A stretch of DNA of 63,945 nt, filler included, from Octopus bimaculoides (taxonomy: Eukaryota), in assembly GCF_001194135.2 (NCBI RefSeq). It is 5 parts of 5 records of this genome, joined end to end, with 100 filler letters (N's around TTAATTAATTAA, not from the genome) between each part and the next. Parts side by side here need not be neighbours in the genome. Positions count along the whole stretch, not along the records: positions 59,338 to 63,945 come from NC_069001.1; 4 more parts are not named here. One strand, written 5' to 3'. Of this stretch, positions 61,638 through 63,945 are shown piece after piece. Numbering within the stretch: the stretch's first letter is position 1; the number at the start of each line of letters is the position of its first letter. The position numbers were made by a program, and so were the translations under genes. Below the pieces are notes generated by a model. The model ran no database searches. It saw only the letters and a list, made by a program, of their open reading frames with translations, and was not told where the DNA came from.

Positions 61638-63883
61638 NNNNNNNNNNNNNNNNNNNNNNNNNNNNNNNNNNNNNNNNNNNNNNNNNNNNNNNNNNNNNNN
61701 NNNNNNNNNNNNNNNNNNNNNNNNNNNNNNNNNNNNNNNNNNNNNNNNNNNNNNNNNNNNNNNNNNNNNNNNNNNNNNNNNNNNNNNNNNNNNNNNNNNN
61801 NNNNNNNNNNNNNNNNNNNNNNNNNNNNNNNNNNNNNNNNNNNNNNNNNNNNNNNNNNNNNNNNNNNNNNNNNNNNNNNNNNNNNNNNNNNNNNNNNNNN
61901 NNNNNNNNNNNNNNNNNNNNNNNNNNNNNNNNNNNNNNNNNNNNNNNNNNNNNNNNNNNNNNNNNNNNNNNNNNNNNNNNNNNNNNNNNNNNNNNNNNNN
62001 NNNNNNNNNNNNNNNNNNNNTATATATATGTATATATGCATACATACATAATACATACAAGCACATATGCATACGCATATATATGTGTATATATACGTAT
62101 TTATACGCATACACACACACACACACATATAGGATATATAAGATATATAAGATAGATAGGTAGATACACAGACAGGCACACAGACACACAGACAGACGGA
62201 TAGATAAATAAATAGATTGATAGACTGACTGATTGATTGATGGATGGAGAATTAGATAAACGCTGTGATTTTAAGCAGAAATAATGTGAACAAAATATGA
62301 AAATTGACTCACTACAACTGCAGAATCACTTATTTCAAGTAATTCTATTGTTACTAACTTCGAATATTCCCGACACATGCGCGCACACACGCTTGCAGAT
62401 GTATGTATATAAGTATGTATGTATGCATGTCTGAACGTATGTATGTATATATGTATTATGTATGTATGTATGTATGCATACACAGGTATACATATGTATA
62501 TGACGATATATATTTTTGTACGTTTGTATGCACACGTTTGTATAAGTTTGTATATATATATATATATATNNNNNNNNNNNNNNNNNNNNNNNNNNNNNNN
62601 NNNNNNNNNNNNNNNNNNNNNNNNNNNNNNNNNNNNNNNNNNNNNNNNNNNNNNNNNNNNNNNNNNNNNNNNNNNNNNNNNNNNNNNNNNNNNNNNNNNN
62701 NNNNNNNNNNNNNNNNNNNNNNNNNNNNNNNNNNNNNNNNNNNNNNNNNNNNNNNNNNNNNNNNNNNNNNNNNNNNNNNNNNNNNNNNNNNNNNNNNNNN
62801 NNNNNNNNNNNNNNNNNNNNNNNNNNNNNNNNNNNNNNNNNNNNNNNNNNNNNNNNNNNNNNNNNNNNNNNNNNTGTGTGTGTGTATGAAATGAATGATA
62901 AAGGAAAAGGAAAATATCTACAAGAAAAACCAAAAGTAGTAAAGAAAATACAGAGAATGTAGAATGATGCAAAAGAATGAATAAAAGAAGAAGATATAAA
63001 GAAGGATGAATTATAGAAGGAAAGATGAAGTGTAGCATAAAAATAATGAAAGATATAACGAAAGGATATGAAAATAGAAGGAATGAATGAAAGAAAGAAG
63101 GATGGAAGGTCAGTCGTATAGAAAATAAAAGAATAAGTGGAGAGATACGTAAAGAATAAAAAGAGAAAAATATTGAAAAAAAAAACAAACAGATAAATGG
63201 TTAGTAACTTTTTTAAAAAAATATAAACAGAAATAGATACAGAGAAACGGCACAGAAAAGACATAAGAAAAACAATTGAGAGAAAAACGAAAGAAAAATG
63301 CTTATAAAAAGAACAAAATGAGAAAGAAATGAAAGACTGCCGAGAAAACAAGGAAAAGCAAAGAATAGAATGAAAACAAGGCAAATGAGTAAGAAATCAA
63401 GGAACAAAAATGACTGCCAACTTAAAAGAAGCGAAGAGAAAGAGCGAAAGAGAAAATGAAAAGCAAAACGAAGTTGTAAAGGAAGAGAAGAGACGATAAA
63501 ACAGAAAAGGATATAATATGATAAATAATGAGTATTGAGGCAGTTATAAATATTCATACATTTGCAGTAACAGAGACTATTTCCTAAATATGTGAACTTC
63601 ACGTACTCTTTTCAAACACAGAAGATGCATCCGACAATCTGTTTAGTGTTATCGAAAATACTTCAAAATGGCGTTTATTTGAAATATAATCATTTTTATA
63701 TATTTCATGTTTGTTGCCAACGTAATGGATGTTTTCTCTCGCTCTTCGTTTACGGTGATTCTTGCCTTTCCGCTCCATGTCATCAGGTTTTCTGTTTGTG
63801 TTAGTTCGTTGTTATACAAGACATACAGACATACATTAAAGACGTACATTACATTACGCTACATATGTAAATGCAAATATACA

Positions 63884-63945
<62 letters not shown>

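Noticed and set aside
8476-63188. Dozens of long ORF-track entries containing X runs and IYIY/CVCV/HTHT strings
   Set aside because: They are open only because N gaps and (TA)n/(TG)n/(CA)n microsatellites lack stops; there is no protein signal.

Overview
AT-rich, microsatellite- and SINE-dense animal genomic DNA with many N gaps. The repeat families and intron style suggest a coleoid cephalopod, probably Octopus (inference). Two divergently oriented spliced genes are supported. (1) On the minus strand, a TBC1D10/EPI64-family Rab-GAP. I reconstructed phase-consistent exons at 13775-13676, 11863-11756, 11152-11046, 10154-9974, 8637-8563, 7198-7084, 5379-5277/5251 and 948-<1. One internal exon is visible only as a truncated duplicate (5819-5731), and its intact copy is probably in the gap at 6393-6621. 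The first coding exon is not visible. (2) On the plus strand, a single ~2.9 kb terminal exon (43133-46042) of a mastermind-like Notch co-activator, whose N-terminal CSL/NICD-binding exon is not visible. The rest is transposon debris (RTE, CR1/L2-type, HERO/RLE-type and Penelope-like retroelement fragments, a mariner transposase fragment, MITEs, several SINE families), simple repeats and assembly spacers. Best leads: a tRNA-headed SINE carrying a minimal hammerhead ribozyme motif with an intact core ~145 nt upstream of the mastermind 3' splice site (with decayed relatives and a Penelope-like RT elsewhere in the window); a GC-AG/read-through switch that would give short and long TBC1D10 C-termini; a partial exon duplication; and a possible mastermind isoform lacking the Notch-binding helix. 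Almost all long entries in the ORF track other than 43205-46042 are gap or microsatellite artefacts.
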